Shown here: in pieces, positions 9,313 to 17,623 of the stretch
Position numbering within the stretch: the stretch's first letter is position 1
Layout: each line of letters begins with the position of its first letter
IMG/VR virus record: IMGVR_UViG_2654588181_000005
Coordinates: 1-26,467 of that record
Source: a virus
Lineage: Duplodnaviria > Heunggongvirae > Uroviricota > Caudoviricetes
Length of the DNA: 26,467 nt
Reading direction: 5' to 3' (one strand)
Translations under genes and position numbers: made by a program
The notes under the pieces: generated by a model
The model's database searches: none
What the model was told of the DNA's origin: nothing
Seen by the model: the letters and a program-made list of their open reading frames with translations, nothing else

Positions 9313-10437
9313 ATGGTTAAGGCTAAAAATATGCCAAATCCCATGCCAAAAACTAAGGCAAACAATGAGCCTTATCGCAAGGTAAAAATAACGATATGGG
9401 ATGATCCCAAATTTAGGGCGTTATCTCCTCTGCCTCCAAGTGGACAGAGTTTGTTTATTTATCTGCTGACCAGTCCATTTACCGGGATTATTCCTGGGTT
9501 GTTTAAAGCCGGGCGGGCAGCAATGGCTGAAGAGTTGGGGTGGGATATCGAAGCCTTTGACTTAGCCTTAGGCGAAGCCATGAATCTTGGCATGGTGAAA
9601 GCAGATATCAAAGCCAGAGTTTTTTGGCTCCCGAATGCTGCGAAACACAATCCGCCAAACTCGATAAATGTCATTAAATCCTGGGCAAAGGCATTCGCTT
9701 TAATTCCTGATTGTCCTCTCAAATGGGAGGCCAGGGAATCGCTGAGAGCCGCGTCCTATGGGGTTTCTGAGGCTTTGGGGATGGCATTCGATAAGGCAAT
9801 CCCTTTGCCTGAGGATAAGCCTAAGGATAAGGCTAACGCTTTGTCATGCGGTATCCAGATAACAGATAACAGATATATAAACCCCACACATAACGCGCGC
9901 GTGCGCGAGAGTGCTCCGGCCAGTGAGGCAAATGGCGTGCCGTTGCAGACAGCGGAACCTGATTACCTGGAAGGCCTGAACGAACCCATCGGGAAATTTC
10001 CGATGACTGATGGCTGGCATCCGTCGCTGGATTTTCGACGGCGGGCAGCTCTGTGGGGAGTGGCTCTGCCGGAGCCGGAATTTACACCAGCTGAACTTGC
10101 CGCCTTCCGGGACTACTGGGCAGCGGAGGGGAAAGTTTTCACGCAGGTTCAGTGGGAGCAGAAATTCGCCCGTCACGTAAATCACGTCAGGGCGCAGGTT
10201 AAACCAGTCAGCAAGGGGGTGAACCATGCAGCAGCACCAGGTGGCACCGCATCACGGGCAGTTCAGGAAATTCGGGCAGCACGTGAGCAGTGGGAACGTG
10301 AAAACGGATTTATCAGCGACGGAAACGGCCTGGAAGTTGTGGGAACTCATGGGGGAGGTTTATTCGAACCGCTGGACCCAGAAGAACGGGGCCGCACCTT
10401 CGAAGCTCTGGATTGCACAGATTGGTGCGATGACTGA
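9313..10437 (+). CDS. Putative replication initiation/primosomal protein (occupies the YdaU/O position)
   Basis: 374 aa from [38 protein letters not shown] 5 nt upstream of the ATG; first gene after the immunity region. The track's start at 9259 is a TTG without a ribosome-binding site. Confidence 0.5.
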   Translation: MVKAKNMPNPMPKTKANNEPYRKVKITIWDDPKFRALSPLPPSGQSLFIYLLTSPFTGIIPGLFKAGRAAMAEELGWDIEAFDLALGEAMNLGMVKADIKARVFWLPNAAKHNPPNSINVIKSWAKAFALIPDCPLKWEARESLRAASYGVSEALGMAFDKAIPLPEDKPKDKANALSCGIQITDNRYINPTHNARVRESAPASEANGVPLQTAEPDYLEGLNEPIGKFPMTDGWHPSLDFRRRAALWGVALPEPEFTPAELAAFRDYWAAEGKVFTQVQWEQKFARHVNHVRAQVKPVSKGVNHAAAPGGTASRAVQEIRAAREQWERENGFISDGNGLEVVGTHGGGLFEPLDPEERGRTFEALDCTDWCDD

Positions 10438-10891
10438 GCAGCAAATCCGACAGGTCTGCCGCCAGTGCATGGACCGCTGCCGGACGGGTGAAACATGGCC
10501 TCCGGACCTGGCTGAGTTTGTGGCGCTGATTTCGGAAAGCGGGGCCAATCCATTCGGTCTGACGGTGGATGCTGTGATGGAGGAGTACCGACGCTGGCGC
10601 AACAAGTCCTGGCGATACGACGGAAGCGATAAATACCCGTGGTCTCAGCCTGTGCTGTATCACATTTGCCTCGAGATGCGTTCAAAGGGGATTGAGCGCC
10701 AGATGACCGAAGGGGAGTTAAAACGACTTGCAGAACGGCAACTGGCGAAATGGGCAAAGCATGTTGGTGACGGCTTCAGCGTTCCGCCCGTACGGCGGCA
10801 ACTGGCAGCACCAGAACGCCCGTCGGGGCCAACACCAATTGAGTTGCTGAAACAGGAATATGAACGCCGGAAAGCGGCTGGTTTTGTTTGA
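10430..10891 (+). CDS. Hypothetical replication-region protein (153 aa)
   Basis: ATG at 10430 overlaps the upstream TGA by 8 nt (translational coupling); product [34 protein letters not shown]...; no Walker A motif, so not a DnaC-like loader. Confidence 0.45.
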   Translation: MTEQQIRQVCRQCMDRCRTGETWPPDLAEFVALISESGANPFGLTVDAVMEEYRRWRNKSWRYDGSDKYPWSQPVLYHICLEMRSKGIERQMTEGELKRLAERQLAKWAKHVGDGFSVPPVRRQLAAPERPSGPTPIELLKQEYERRKAAGFV

Positions 10892-10924
10892 GTTGATAAG
10901 TAATTTTACCGGGAGCAAATTTTA

Positions 10925-11686
10925 ATGGAGACTGTTTTTGACGCACTGAAAGCAATGGGAAAAGCCACGTCGGTAGAACTCGCTGCGCGACTTGATATCA
11001 GTCGTGAAGAGGTACTGAACGAGCTGTGGGAACTGAAAAAGGCTGGTTTCGTTGATAAAAGCGTATACACCTGGCGTGTGGCTGATAACAACGTTCAGCA
11101 GGAACAGCCAGAGCAGGCAGAACTGCCGGAAGAAACCACCACAGCAACAGTAGCGAAAATCTCAGAGTGCGATTTAACCGCGACGATTGAACAACGCGGA
11201 CCACAAACGGCTGATGAGCTGGCTACATTGTTTGGTACCACATCACGCAAAGTGGCTTCAACGCTGGCAATGGCAATCAGCAAAGGTCGTCTGATTCGCG
11301 TAAATCAGGGCGGTAAATTTCGTTACTGCATACCGGGCGATAATTTACCAGCAGAGCCGAAAGCAGCATCGGTAGCGGAAACTGATGGTAAGGCTTTTCC
11401 TCAGCCCGCAGGTGTTGCGTTACCAGTACAGGAGGCTGCAACACAGGAAGAAATTAAAACAGATACTGTAGCGGACATTGTGCAGTCGTTGCCATCGTTT
11501 ACCGAAACGCGGGCGGATGATTTGATTTTGCCATCGCTGCATCTGGCAAACCGCAAACTGCGTCGGGCGAAAAGCCATGTCCAGAAGTGGGAGCGTGTCT
11601 GCGCCGCGCTGCGGGAGTTGAACAAGCACCGGGATATTGTTCGCCAGATTACTGATTCTTCCCGCTGTGTTGTATCGGAAAAGTGA
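10925..11686 (+). CDS. Conserved lambdoid-prophage protein (DUF1627-like, as recalled)
   Basis: 253 aa from [46 protein letters not shown], a winged-helix-like N-terminus. Confidence 0.55.
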   Translation: METVFDALKAMGKATSVELAARLDISREEVLNELWELKKAGFVDKSVYTWRVADNNVQQEQPEQAELPEETTTATVAKISECDLTATIEQRGPQTADELATLFGTTSRKVASTLAMAISKGRLIRVNQGGKFRYCIPGDNLPAEPKAASVAETDGKAFPQPAGVALPVQEAATQEEIKTDTVADIVQSLPSFTETRADDLILPSLHLANRKLRRAKSHVQKWERVCAALRELNKHRDIVRQITDSSRCVVSEK

Positions 11687-11701
11687 TTGCCGGAGGCGCT
11701 T

Positions 11702-12124
11702 ATGGCAAAAGTATTTACACAAGAAGAGCGGGAAAAAATTAAGGGGCAGGTTGTTGAACTCGTGCGCCAGAATGGGCGCGAGACGTTACGACAACTTGAA
11801 GCTAAGACAGGTGCGACAAGATATTTAATGAGCGTTCTCGCCAGAGAGCTGGTTGCCAGTGGCGATGTATATAACTCCGGCTACGGGCTATTTCCCTCTG
11901 AACAGGCTCGTAAGGACTGGCAAAACGCCCGCAAAAAACTATCGAGGGCAAAGGTGAAGAAACCTGCTGTAGTTGATCCGGACCTTATCTGGTCATTACC
12001 AGACGGAGAAATACGCCGCTATGACAGGCGTCTGAATATAATCTGTCGCGAGTGCCGGAAGAGCGAAGTCATGCAGCGTGTACTGGCGTTCTATCAGGGT
12101 AATTTTCAGGATGTGCTGTTGTGA
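11702..12124 (+). CDS. Hypothetical phage protein (140 aa)
   Basis: GGAGG before the ATG at 11702; product MAKVFTQEEREKIKGQVVELVRQNGRETLRQLEAKTGATRYLMSVLAREL. Confidence 0.5.
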   Translation: MAKVFTQEEREKIKGQVVELVRQNGRETLRQLEAKTGATRYLMSVLARELVASGDVYNSGYGLFPSEQARKDWQNARKKLSRAKVKKPAVVDPDLIWSLPDGEIRRYDRRLNIICRECRKSEVMQRVLAFYQGNFQDVLL

Positions 12125-12228
12125 GCCAAATTAACAATCAGGGAACTGCGTGAACTGAAAGAGAAATCATAATCCAAATCTGAATAATTAAATTTAGCAC
12201 TGTAAATAAAATTTAATCCTTAACCGGA

Positions 12229-12239
12229 GGGGGGGGGGG
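12229..12239. repeat. Homopolymeric G11 tract in an intergenic region
   Basis: Eleven consecutive G at 12229-12239, 47 nt upstream of the ATG at 12286; followed by a GCCC-GAAA-GGGC mini-hairpin. Confidence 0.95.
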
Positions 12240-12285
12240 CACCCTCAAAATATTAGGAGGCGGCCCGAAAGGGCGGTAATGAAAA

Positions 12286-12789
12286 ATGACTGAATTAACC
12301 AAAAAGCAATTAATCGAAGAAGCTAAATTAAAAATAGCGATTGAGAAATGCCACCCCAATTCAGGGATGGCATGGGTAGAGGGCGAATTATTCAAAATTG
12401 CTCTGGCATCTCTGGAAGCAGAGCCAGTTGGTGATTTTTATGAATACAAACCGGATGACTGGTATCAGCGTTCGGCTGGAGATAAAGCGCCAAAAAGGAC
12501 GCCATCCTATGCCGTTTTTCCAGCGCCCGTAGTGCCGGAAGAAATGGATTTGCTTACATGCCATCTCGATGGTGTAACTGAAACATATGCTGAGGGATGG
12601 AACGCTTGCCGCGCTGCCCTGCTTCAGGGCAAAGGGGAGCCCGGGAAACAAGTTCGCGAATTGACAATGCTGGTTAAACAATTGGTTAGTCAACTTAAGA
12701 AAGCGAAACCGGGCTGCAAATTGCCGGATAAAGTGATGGACTACCTGGAGCGAAGCGGACTTATAAGCGTGGAGGATGTTTTACGATGA
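12286..12789 (+). CDS. Hypothetical phage protein (167 aa)
   Basis: Product MTELTKKQLIEEAKLKIAIEKCHPNSGMAWVEGELFKIALASLEAEPVGDFYEYKPDDWYQ...EGWNACRAALLQ; family not confidently recognised. Confidence 0.55.
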   Translation: MTELTKKQLIEEAKLKIAIEKCHPNSGMAWVEGELFKIALASLEAEPVGDFYEYKPDDWYQRSAGDKAPKRTPSYAVFPAPVVPEEMDLLTCHLDGVTETYAEGWNACRAALLQGKGEPGKQVRELTMLVKQLVSQLKKAKPGCKLPDKVMDYLERSGLISVEDVLR

Positions 12790-12869
12790 CCTGGTCTGAA
12801 GCATTCACAACGGTAGGAATTGCGATGGCGGTGGCGCTGGTGGTGTATTCGATTTGCCGCTGGGGTTGA
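12786..12869 (+). CDS. Putative small hydrophobic peptide (27 aa)
   Basis: ATGA start/stop overlap with the upstream gene; product MTWSEAFTTVGIAMAVALVVYSICRWG resembles a single transmembrane helix; followed by a terminator. Confidence 0.3.
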   Translation: MTWSEAFTTVGIAMAVALVVYSICRWG

Positions 12870-12882
12870 TAATACTAAATAA

Positions 12883-12901
12883 CCAGCCCTTATGGGGCTG
12901 G
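12883..12901. terminator. Bidirectional intrinsic terminator between convergent genes
   Basis: CCAGCCC-ttatg-GGGCTGG hairpin, flanked by a T-rich run on the minus-strand side and a weaker one on the plus-strand side. Confidence 0.6.
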
Positions 12902-12909
12902 CTAATCAT

Positions 12910-13683
12910 TTAGAACTGTTCATTGCCATCGAGGTTAGGTAGCATAATTTTTTCAATCAAGGCGAGAGCCTTTTTGTCCCGGTCAGCGAAGTATTTCGGG
13001 GCATATTGCGGCAACCAAATATTGTTAAAATGTTCTTTGAAATCTGCTAAATATTCATTTGGGTACAGCCTTGCAGGGTATACGCGACCATCGGGATATT
13101 CATGGTCATAGGTAGGGAATGTTTTGGGTTCTACGTTTCTATTATCTCTTAACCATTGTGAAAATACTCTTCCTTGTGAAATGTCAGGAACCATTTTTTC
13201 TGGGAGTGTGTACCCTGCTTGTTCAAGAGGTGCAACCAAGTTGAATGTCAGTTCATTAAGAATAGAAAAGTGCGTGTGAGGAATTCTACTACGATTAACC
13301 ATGTACCGTTTTAAATGTACAGGCATTTCTGCTGTAGTTCTTTCCCCTGACATCCATTCACGAACCCATCTTGAAACCTGGACTGCAAATTTGGGCGATA
13401 GCCACTGCGCTAGATTAATAGCGATGTCAGGATGCACCCATGTCCCTTGGTTTTCAGGTCTTCCACCTTTAAATGATTGAATTAACTCCGATATGGGAAT
13501 TCCCATATCGCGTGATAATTCGTCAAAAAACTCTTGAGTAGTTTTGAGTCTAGTGTAATCAGAGAGCAGTTTGCCCGCAGTTCTACACATTGATGTGGCG
13601 TTTATGTAACCATCTTTGGCACGTAAATGTATTATTTCGCCGTCAATTTCACGAGAAATCAAAGATAATTGAAAGGATGTCAT
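12910..13683 (-). CDS. KilA-N domain protein
   Basis: 257 aa; N-terminus IHLRAKDGYINATSMCRTAGKLLSDYTRLKTTQEFFDEL...HPDIAINLAQWLSPKFAVQVSRWV is a classic KilA-N/APSES-type domain; GAGGA ribosome-binding site; C-terminal ~130 aa of unknown function. Confidence 0.75.
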   Translation of the reverse strand: MTSFQLSLISREIDGEIIHLRAKDGYINATSMCRTAGKLLSDYTRLKTTQEFFDELSRDMGIPISELIQSFKGGRPENQGTWVHPDIAINLAQWLSPKFAVQVSRWVREWMSGERTTAEMPVHLKRYMVNRSRIPHTHFSILNELTFNLVAPLEQAGYTLPEKMVPDISQGRVFSQWLRDNRNVEPKTFPTYDHEYPDGRVYPARLYPNEYLADFKEHFNNIWLPQYAPKYFADRDKKALALIEKIMLPNLDGNEQF

Positions 13684-14205
13684 TGAAAATTCCTCAAGTT
13701 GGAGAGTTCTGGAACATTAAGGCGAGGTGGCCGTAATGCACCATCTGTAATCTTTTGATACTGACGTAATCGGGCCTGATGTGCAACGCCTTGCAAGTAT
13801 GTAACTCATTGAAAACGATCATTTTTATCTATTGACATCAAATGGCAAACTGTCATTGTGCGGCTATGGCAAGTGGCAAATGCTTATAAATCATATGGAT
13901 ATAAATAGTACAGAAAGAGTTGTTTTCTCTAGGATATGAGTATACGCCCAATGCTGATTGGTTGAATTTTGTTCTTGTTTTAAAGGGTAAGAGTTTAAAG
14001 TGTTGGCAGTGATGTATTGGATAGTTAGAATTGCTGTGGGTGCTTGAGGCTATCTGCCTCGGGCATGATCACCAAAGGTAGATAGAGAAAAGCCCCAGTT
14101 AACATTACGCGTCCTGCAAGACGTTTAACATTAATCTGAGGCCATATCTATGCGACACATAGAGATTAGCCTCTTACGGACCGAAAGGTCAAGGAGAAGC
14201 AGGCT

Positions 14206-14361
14206 ATGAAGCAGCAAAAGGCGATGTTAATCGCCCTGATCGTCATCTGTTTAACCGTCATAGTGACGGCACTGGTAACGAGGAAAGACCTCTGTGAGGT
14301 ACGAATCCGAACCGGGCAGACGGAGGTCGCTGTCTTCACAGCTTACGAACCTGAGGAGTAA
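14206..14361 (+). CDS. hokD: Hok/Gef-family type I toxin (HokD/RelF-like)
   Basis: 51-aa product MKQQKAMLIALIVICLTVIVTALVTRKDLCEVRIRTGQTEVAVFTAYEPEE; a short upstream ORF (14150-14209) ends overlapping the hok ATG, mok-like. Confidence 0.85.
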   Translation: MKQQKAMLIALIVICLTVIVTALVTRKDLCEVRIRTGQTEVAVFTAYEPEE

Positions 14362-14368
14362 GAGACCG

Positions 14369-14390
14369 GGCGAGGGAGAAATCCCTCGCC
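14369..14390 (+). promoter_or_regulatory. Stable stem-loop in the hok 3' region
   Basis: GGCGAGGGA-GAAA-TCCCTCGCC, a 9-bp stem with GNRA loop, 8 nt after the hok stop; no U-tract follows, so not a classic terminator. Confidence 0.5.
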
Positions 14391-14827
14391 ACCTCTGATG
14401 TATTATGCATCCTCAACGCACCCACACTTAACCAGCTTTGGCGGGTTTATTTTATCTGTAAATATTTTTATAAAAATAATGCCCACGCACAGCATAAAAC
14501 AAAAAGTATTACAGATAAAAAAGGAGCGTAATGTGCAGATTTGTTGTTTTCCATATTTACTCACCTTAATATGATTAATCCTGATAGGGTTGTTATTTCA
14601 GTGGTTTTCAAATGAGATATTATGGTGATCTGGTAGATTTGCATAACATTAAAATTTAATTTGTTTAACCGCTTTTAATAATAAGCGTTGTTTTTATCCC
14701 AGCAATCTGTTGTTTGGTTTTTATTCCATCAATGTGGGGGCTTTACACTGGAGCCAGTTTATTTATACTTCATTCGTCAGCCTGAACAACTGGCATCTGC
14801 TGCACTGCGCCATCGAGAGATTGAGAA

Positions 14828-15427
14828 ATGGCGCATATACAACTGGTCAAACAAACTTCTTCTGGTTTACTTCTCCCGGCGACGCCGGAGAGTTGCGATT
14901 TTCTGCATCAAATCAAAATAGGTGAGTGGATACACGCAGACTTTAAGCGTGTGCGTAACTACGCATTCCACAAGCGTTTTTTCAAACTCCTGCAACTGGG
15001 TTTCGATTACTGGACTCCGGTCGGTGGGGCGATCACGCCTCGCGAACGAAAACTGGTGTCCGGTTTCGTTGATTACCTGTGTGAATCAGTAGGCCGGGAA
15101 CATACGCCAGCTCTGAGCGAAGCCGCAGAGCAATATCTGAATACAGTTGCGACACACAGAACCCGTGATACGGCATTGCTAAAGTTGTTTGAGGCTTTCC
15201 GCGAGTGGGTAACCATTCAGGCCGGATTTTACACCGAGCATATTTATCCGGACGGTAGTCGTGGGCGTCGGGCGAAATCCATCGCGTTTGCGAATATGGA
15301 CGAAACCGAGTTTCAGCAGGTTTATAAATCTGTACTGAATGTGCTGTGGAACTGGATTCTGTTCCGTAAATTTTCCTCTCCGGAACAAGTCGAAAATGTG
15401 GCCGCGCAGCTACTGGAGTTTGCGTAA
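14828..15427 (+). CDS. Conserved lambdoid late-regulatory-region protein (DUF1367-like, as recalled)
   Basis: 199 aa starting MAHIQLVKQTSSGLLLPATPESCDFLHQIKIGEWIHADFKRVRNYAFHKRFF. Confidence 0.55.
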   Translation: MAHIQLVKQTSSGLLLPATPESCDFLHQIKIGEWIHADFKRVRNYAFHKRFFKLLQLGFDYWTPVGGAITPRERKLVSGFVDYLCESVGREHTPALSEAAEQYLNTVATHRTRDTALLKLFEAFREWVTIQAGFYTEHIYPDGSRGRRAKSIAFANMDETEFQQVYKSVLNVLWNWILFRKFSSPEQVENVAAQLLEFA

Positions 15428-15717
15428 TGGTGGATTTACGTAAAGCGGCGCGGGGCCAGATGTGCCAGGTCAGAATCCCTGGCTACTGCAATCACAATCC
15501 CGAAACTTCTGTGCTGGCGCATTACAGGTTGGCGGGAACGTGCGGAACGGCGATAAAGCCACACGATATGCAGGCAGCGATTGCCTGTAGCTCGTGCCAC
15601 GATTTAATCGACGGGCGGGTAAAAACAAGCGATTACACCAAAGAAGAATTACGCCTGATGCATGCAGAAGGTGTTTTTCGCACGCAAGAAATCTGGAGAA
15701 AGGAAGGTTATTTATGA
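15427..15717 (+). CDS. YbcO-like putative nuclease (DUF1364-like, as recalled)
   Basis: 96 aa with Cys/His clusters (CQVRIPGYCNH...CSSCHDL); start overlaps the upstream stop by 1 nt, as in nin-region operons. Confidence 0.55.
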   Translation: MVDLRKAARGQMCQVRIPGYCNHNPETSVLAHYRLAGTCGTAIKPHDMQAAIACSSCHDLIDGRVKTSDYTKEELRLMHAEGVFRTQEIWRKEGYL

Positions 15718-16037
15718 TTTACCCAACAAATACAGGCAAAAGCGGGGAACACCTTCGTCTCACCACGCTGGAAAGTGTCTGGATTCAGGGAAAACTGCGC
15801 ATGTGGGGGCGCTGGTCGTATATTGGCGGCGGTAAGACGGGGAATATGTTCAACCAGTTGTTGGCCTCTAAAAAGCTGACAAAAACGGCAATTAACGAGG
15901 CGCTCCGGAGGATGAAAAAAGCAGGTCTGAACAAGTCTGAACTTGAGGCTTTTTTGCGGGATATGATTAACGGTAAGCAAAAGAGCTGGCTGGCGCATTG
16001 TACTGATGCAGAGGCGTTATATCCCCGGCGTTTATGA
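15714..16037 (+). CDS. Possible antiterminator Q-like protein N-terminal part (frame-disrupted?)
   Basis: ATGA overlap with the upstream gene; GGAAGG ribosome-binding site; LRMWGRWSYIGGG resembles the LERWGAWAAN motif of QuuD-type Q proteins; the ORF ends at 16037 while a second frame continues from 16006. Confidence 0.35.
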   Translation: MIYPTNTGKSGEHLRLTTLESVWIQGKLRMWGRWSYIGGGKTGNMFNQLLASKKLTKTAINEALRRMKKAGLNKSELEAFLRDMINGKQKSWLAHCTDAEALYPRRL

Positions 16038-16425
16038 CAACCTTGAGCGCCTCGCGAAATTATGCCGTCCGCGTCTGGGCAGCCAGGGAATTTTTATGGA
16101 AGACGCCGCGATGGGGGCAATCCTCAACCAGAAGGCGGAAACCGAAGGCTGGGATATGACGCCGATTAAATCGGCACTAACCAGCAAGGGCAAAGACGAA
16201 CGGGCGGTGATGGCATCCAGCTACCACTATCAGGGGATGTGCAAAATCGTCCGGGAGGCTTACGACAAGACCGTTTCATTCAAGCGCACCACCGCAAACC
16301 ACCTCATAAAACAAATCGCCGGATTCCACCTGGCGGATAAAGACGCGCATAAACGTGCTGATGACCTTTTCGATTGTTACACCTATGGATTGATCATCGC
16401 GCACGGTAATTACGCGGAGTTGTAA
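16006..16425 (+). CDS. Hypothetical ORF (139 aa), possibly the downstream half of a frameshifted gene or a nuclease-fold remnant
   Basis: Overlaps the previous ORF by 32 nt in a different frame; C-terminus HKRADDLFDCYTYGLIIAHG resembles the terminal acidic motif of RNase H-fold nucleases; no convincing ribosome-binding site at 16006. Confidence 0.3.
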   Translation: MQRRYIPGVYDNLERLAKLCRPRLGSQGIFMEDAAMGAILNQKAETEGWDMTPIKSALTSKGKDERAVMASSYHYQGMCKIVREAYDKTVSFKRTTANHLIKQIAGFHLADKDAHKRADDLFDCYTYGLIIAHGNYAEL

Positions 16426-16543
16426 AAATCAGGATATTTTTGATGGCAGAGATCGAGATTACTGGCGGCCTCGGTTCAGCACTGATGCATATTCTTGAGG
16501 CTGAAGAAATTCAGCCGGGAGAGGCGATATCAGATGTGGTGAT

Positions 16544-16756
16544 GTGGTTAAACTGCCGGAGGGGCTATATTCTGGCGCTGCGTCGATTGTGATGGCTAAT
16601 ACAACGGTACCCAGCGTTATCGCAAAAAATTCGACCACGTTCACCGGGAAATTTCTTGTGAAATCAGTCAGACACATTGGTTCGTATCTGCCAGCCGATG
16701 GCGATGCCTGGGTGACGGTATTTGAGGCATATGCTGAGAACTGGGCGAGGGTGTAA
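16544..16756 (+). CDS. Small hypothetical ORF upstream of the baseplate spike gene
   Basis: Its stop overlaps the ATG of the next gene (TAATG coupling); start is ambiguous (GTG at 16544 or ATG at 16592); overlaps a second small frame at 16443-16602. Confidence 0.3.
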   Translation: MVKLPEGLYSGAASIVMANTTVPSVIAKNSTTFTGKFLVKSVRHIGSYLPADGDAWVTVFEAYAENWARV

Positions 16757-17469
16757 TGTCAAACGCTCAAAAATTACCGTTTCTCCGAACACTGTCGGAG
16801 ATGATGACCAGTTCTGGTAACCAGCAAGCCGAGCTTAAAGGCCGCGAATTGCCCTGCCATGTTGTCGATATCTGCGGGCAAATAGTGACAGTTCAGTTTG
16901 ATATGCTGCCGGAGGGGATCAACTTCCCGCAGATAACAATCCCTGTCGCCACATTCCCGTATATCCGTTACCCGATACAGCCGGGCGATCGAGGAGTAAC
17001 AATTGCCGCTGATGTATCACTGCGCGGTGTGTCCGGATTGGGAACCGGTATGGCAACGCTTTCTTACTCGATGTCGCTCACTCCCCTGTTTTTCGTGCCA
17101 TTGGCAAACAAGGAGTGGTCCGACGAAGATCCGCAAAAAATCGTTTTGTACGGTCCGGATGGCGCGATCCTCAAAACAGAGGACGGCAGTAGCTCGGTAA
17201 TGGTGGCTCTGGAAGAAATCAGGCAAAAGTCGAAAGCTGTTTACCTCGAGGCCGAAGATATTTTCCTGAACGGGAAAATTCACCTCAATGGACCGATCGT
17301 CCAGGACAAAGCCCAGATGAAGGATACAACCGCTTCGCTGATTGGTCCTCTTAATGTCGAGATGGATGCAGTTATCAACGGCGTGAGCGTCAGCGGCCAC
17401 AGCCACGATGTGACTGGTGTTCAAAGCGGCAGCAGCACGATTACGTCGAAGAAACCAAATCCTGGTTAA
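16756..17469 (+). CDS. Baseplate central spike protein (P2 gpV-like)
   Basis: 237 aa; HxH motif (SGHSHDVTG) near the C-terminus as in spike apex domains; first gene of a V-W-J-I-H-G ordered module. Confidence 0.55.
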   Translation: MSNAQKLPFLRTLSEMMTSSGNQQAELKGRELPCHVVDICGQIVTVQFDMLPEGINFPQITIPVATFPYIRYPIQPGDRGVTIAADVSLRGVSGLGTGMATLSYSMSLTPLFFVPLANKEWSDEDPQKIVLYGPDGAILKTEDGSSSVMVALEEIRQKSKAVYLEAEDIFLNGKIHLNGPIVQDKAQMKDTTASLIGPLNVEMDAVINGVSVSGHSHDVTGVQSGSSTITSKKPNPG

Positions 17470-17507
17470 TACCGGTTCATTTCACTTTAAATTCTGACCA
17501 TAAAACG

Positions 17508-17545
17508 AAAACCCCGACTGTTGGCCCAGTCGGGGTTTTCTGTTT
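17508..17545 (+). terminator. Intrinsic terminator inside the baseplate cluster
   Basis: AAAACCCCGACTG-ttggcc-CAGTCGGGGTTTT, a perfect 9-bp GC-rich stem with A/U extension, followed by TTTTCTGTTT. Confidence 0.7.
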
Positions 17546-17623
17546 CTCACCTTGAATACGCAAGGGATGATTACGTATGTTTGGAGGTCTTCCGTGATTA
17601 ATTTTAGCGGAGGAGACTGGATT

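Noticed and set aside
10313-10918. Several minus-strand ORFs (66-136 aa) across the replication genes
   Set aside because: Overlap one another and the coupled plus-strand genes; Arg/Pro/Ser-rich products typical of antisense frames in GC-rich coding DNA.
12286-12789. Assigning the 167-aa protein to a specific named family (Ead/Ea22-like or similar)
   Set aside because: Only a vague resemblance from memory (EGWNACRAAL-type C-terminal motif); not enough to name it without a profile search.
14688-14925. Two overlapping plus-strand ORFs (77 and 71 aa) upstream of the DUF1367-like gene
   Set aside because: Overlap in different frames within an AT-rich leader and run into the start of the next gene; more likely untranslated promoter/leader sequence.
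17003-17424. ORFs in alternative frames within the gpV-like gene
   Set aside because: Nested inside a better-supported gene that is translationally coupled to its neighbours.
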